From contig CP154954.1 of NCBI GenBank assembly GCA_039621445.1, positions 42,964,632-43,028,631 of the forward strand: DNA of 64,000 nucleotides, in the 5' to 3' direction. The translations under genes and the position numbers were made by a program. The DNA comes from Euglena gracilis (lineage: Eukaryota). A model generated the notes under the pieces. The model had not been told where the DNA came from and did no database searches. It was given only the letters and a program-made list of their open reading frames with translations. Every line of letters starts with the position of its first letter. Position 1 is the stretch's first letter. Positions 61,401 through 64,000 of this stretch are shown piece by piece.

Positions 61401-62378
61401 ACGTGCATGAGGTGGAATTTGCCTCTGAGGGTGGCCACCCTCCTACGCCTGCAAGCTCTGGTGCAAGTTGTTGACCCCTCACCTAAACCGGAATGGTCCA
61501 ACCCTCTGGGGGTTGAGGTCGACCTCCTCCCCAAACCTGGGGGGTGGAGAGGGTCCCCCCTCCATCCCCCCTTCTGACATTTCTGGGTGACCCCATTTTT
61601 TGGGTAAATATTTTTGACGAATCTGTGCCCTACTGAAATTTGCATTGCGTTCTCCATTGCATTTGCACAGCGCAGCGGTGCGGGCGTCGACCCCCCTTCG
61701 GCCATGCCCTTGACTTCGTCCTCAAATTCTGCTGTTTGAGGTGCCAAACCCCACAATGAAGAATGGCCAGCTGAATCACCGAACAACGAAAAACGTGATA
61801 GAGCAATAAACTCCGTCACTGATAATAGCTAATTAATTGCAGCAAGAATTAGAGTTCGACATCAGAAGAGTGTGTGGGGCGGAGGAGGGAGGGTGTCCAC
61901 CCCTTCTGGACCGGGGGGTTCTGGACCCACCACCCCAAGCCCATTTTGGGTCATTTTTGGAATATTTTTTGAACAAACATAGCAAAAACCCCTCCTCATT
62001 TCCACCTCGGTGGACAGCGCCAGAGGAATATTTTCCCTGGTGGGGGGGGGACCCCGGACCCCCCCCCCCCGTGGGGTACCTGCGGCTTTTTTCCAGTGCC
62101 CAGCAGCGTGGCTCTGGCCTAATGACCCCCCCCGGGGGCTTTAGGCAAGAGCCTGATTGCCCAATCCAATCTTTCCAATCCGATTGGCACACGCCGCCGC
62201 CGCCGTGGGGCCAACCACGCGGTGACGGTGGTGGGCTGGGGCGTGCAGAACAACGTGGGCTACTGGATCGTGCGCAACTCCTGGGGCCCGAACTGGGGCG
62301 AGGGGGGCTACATGCGCATCAAGTGGGGCATCTGCAAGGTCGGCAAGTACGCCAACTTCATCGTGCAGCCCCACGGTG
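53823..62378 (+). CDS. Papain-family (C1A) cysteine protease with signal peptide and short propeptide, about 11-12 exons, may continue 3'
   Basis: Exons 53823-53922 (signal peptide), ~54885-54961, 55702-55792, ~56269-56336 (LPLNFDWRE), 57324-~57403 ([15 protein letters not shown], catalytic Cys), ~57952-58021 ([10 protein letters not shown]), 58235-58342 (CAGGW...YPY), ~58479-58538, ~59184-59373 (possibly with a small internal intron; [21 protein letters not shown]), 61265-61299 (GIFN) and 62213-~62378 (NHAV...[14 protein letters not shown]). Full Cys-His-Asn triad and oxyanion Gln are present. Confidence 0.92.
55895..56135. repeat. (TA)n/(ATGT)n/(GT)n microsatellite cluster
   Basis: Direct reading of the sequence. 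Confidence 0.9.
57077..57159. repeat. (CA)n microsatellite
   Basis: Direct reading of the sequence. Confidence 0.95.
59620..60005. mobile_element. hAT-like MITE, same family as 1420-1772, nested inside intron 59374-61264
   Basis: TIRs CAGGGTTTGATAAAAGG / CCTTATATCGAACCCTG. Perfect 8-bp TSD CCCCCAGG at 59612-59619 and 60006-60013. Shares internal segments with the 1420 copy (CCCCCAAAAG..GTCAATTTT, CCAAAATGGCACTTTTGG, TCGGTCACCC). Confidence 0.88.
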
Positions 62379-63719
62379 TGCCAGGCCTGTCCCTTGCCAT
62401 TGGAATACCCTCCCACACCAGACTCCCGACGGAGGTCGTCATCTCTGCTGCCTTGAGCTGGAAAGGCTCATACGTTAGTGACAAAAACAGAGATTTGACG
62501 ATCTTAAAATATGGCTTTTTGGAAAAGGTGTTAGCTGTTTCATTGTTTGGCATCGCAATAACAATATTATCGACCCGGGGGGTCCAGCCGGCTGGATGTA
62601 AAAAGTTGCTGGCGCTGGATGGATCTCCGCTTGGGGATGGGAGATTCGGGGGGGGGTTCTTGCCAGCTGATGCCCAAAAATACAAAAAATAGGCAAAAGG
62701 TGCTCATTTCCAGCTGGCATGGAGCTTTTCACCCAAAGATTTGAGGCGAAACCCCCCAAGCCCCTTAAAAAAAAAACATTTTTGGCCATCGTTGTTATTT
62801 CGGTCCAGTCCAGCTGTTCCAGGCTGGCCAACGTTTTGCGTTCCACCCAACCCCCTCCCCGGGTCCACAGACCAGGAACCAGGTGCTGATTGAATGGACC
62901 CCCCGCTCTCAGGGTGTTCAGTGAGCGTTGTTTTTTTACATGGGGGGATCTCCGACCACACCCCCCAGTCTGACCTCCCCCTCAAATAAATTCTTCCCCA
63001 GCGCTTTGCGAAGGAAACCTGCGTTTTCATCATATGGAGTGTCAATCACCTGATACCACAACTTTGGGCACTTTTTGAAGCCCCTGATTTTTTTCTGGTT
63101 TTTCTGGCTTTTTTGTTGGGGTTTTTCCCCTGGAAGGAGGAGGGGGTTCGATTCCCTCCCTCCCCCCCCTGTGTGCGCTGTGGCCCTTTGTTTAGTGCCT
63201 TTCATCCCTTCTTCTGGCACTGGCGCTGGCATTGGCCCTTTTGTCTGTGTGCGTGAAGGTGGTCAGAGCCTGGCAGGATGTACCTTCTTTACGACTCCTG
63301 CCACCAAGCGCCCGCCAGGCACAAACTCAACTTTAGTTACCCCCTCCCCCCCAATCAAGAGGATTGAAGGAAGGGGAGGGGGGAACCATCCCCCTCCACC
63401 TTCATAGAATTTCACCCCCTCACAATTTCACAATTTCACATTTCTCGCTTTCACAATCAGCACACATTGCACGGAGCTGGCTCAAATCCACAATTGAGGG
63501 AGGATTCTCCCCGTCCGTCGAACGGTCAACGTTACAACTTATCTCCGGAAATCGTTTTCAATTTCAGTTTTTTTGAAAGTTAAAAAAAAATGTCTATGGA
63601 AAAGTTGCCAACATGAAATGTCACATGATGTTCTCTGTCTTTGTCCCTGAGTTGAGGAGAGAGGGGGGTCGAGGATGGATGTTTTTTAATCTCTCAAAAA
63701 ATATGCCGGTGCCGCCAGA

Positions 63720-63970
63720 ACACACACATGCAGGGAGACAGACACAACACATACACACACACACACCACACACACACCACACACACAAACACACACACAC
63801 ACACACAACACACACACACAAACACAACACACACAACACAACACACACACAACACACACACACACACACACACAACACACACACACACACACACACAACA
63901 CAACACACACACACACAACACACACACACAACACACACACACACACAACACACACACACACACACACACG
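63720..63970. repeat. (CA)n-rich microsatellite
   Basis: Direct reading of the sequence. Confidence 0.95.
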
Positions 63971-64000
63971 CGTATGAGCGTGCGCGCAGACAGACACACA

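Overview
Eukaryotic genomic DNA, most likely from a euglenid (inference). GC-rich exons are split by non-GT-AG introns whose ends base-pair, with CAG-like bases at +4..+6 and CTG-like bases at -8..-6, and the introns hold many MITEs and microsatellites. Host genes, all on +: two papain-family (C1A) cysteine protease paralogs (340-~3272, 5' part outside the window; 53823-~62378), and two paralogous secreted proteins with a Cys-rich N-terminus and a highly charged tail (13161-~18050; 22067-~35150, with ~45 copies of HEEHKEGER). There are also degenerate paralogous fragments. Two main discoveries. (1) A 12.6-kb DNA transposon (37520-50146; perfect 22-bp TIRs, 5-bp TAAGG target duplication) encodes a divergent DDE-type transposase and a ParB/Srx-domain protein apparently fused to a degenerate DNA methyltransferase. 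At least 38 copies of one 16-bp palindrome (RYRCGG-N4-CCGYRY) are spread through it, and I saw none outside it. This suggests a ParB/parS-like self-recognition system on a eukaryotic transposon. (2) Several non-canonical introns are CAG...CTG MITEs with 8-bp target duplications. The intron geometry (3 nt before CAG plus 5 nt after CTG) removes exactly one 8-bp duplication, and paralog comparison shows intron gains. All exon boundaries and family calls were made by eye, without database searches or transcript data.
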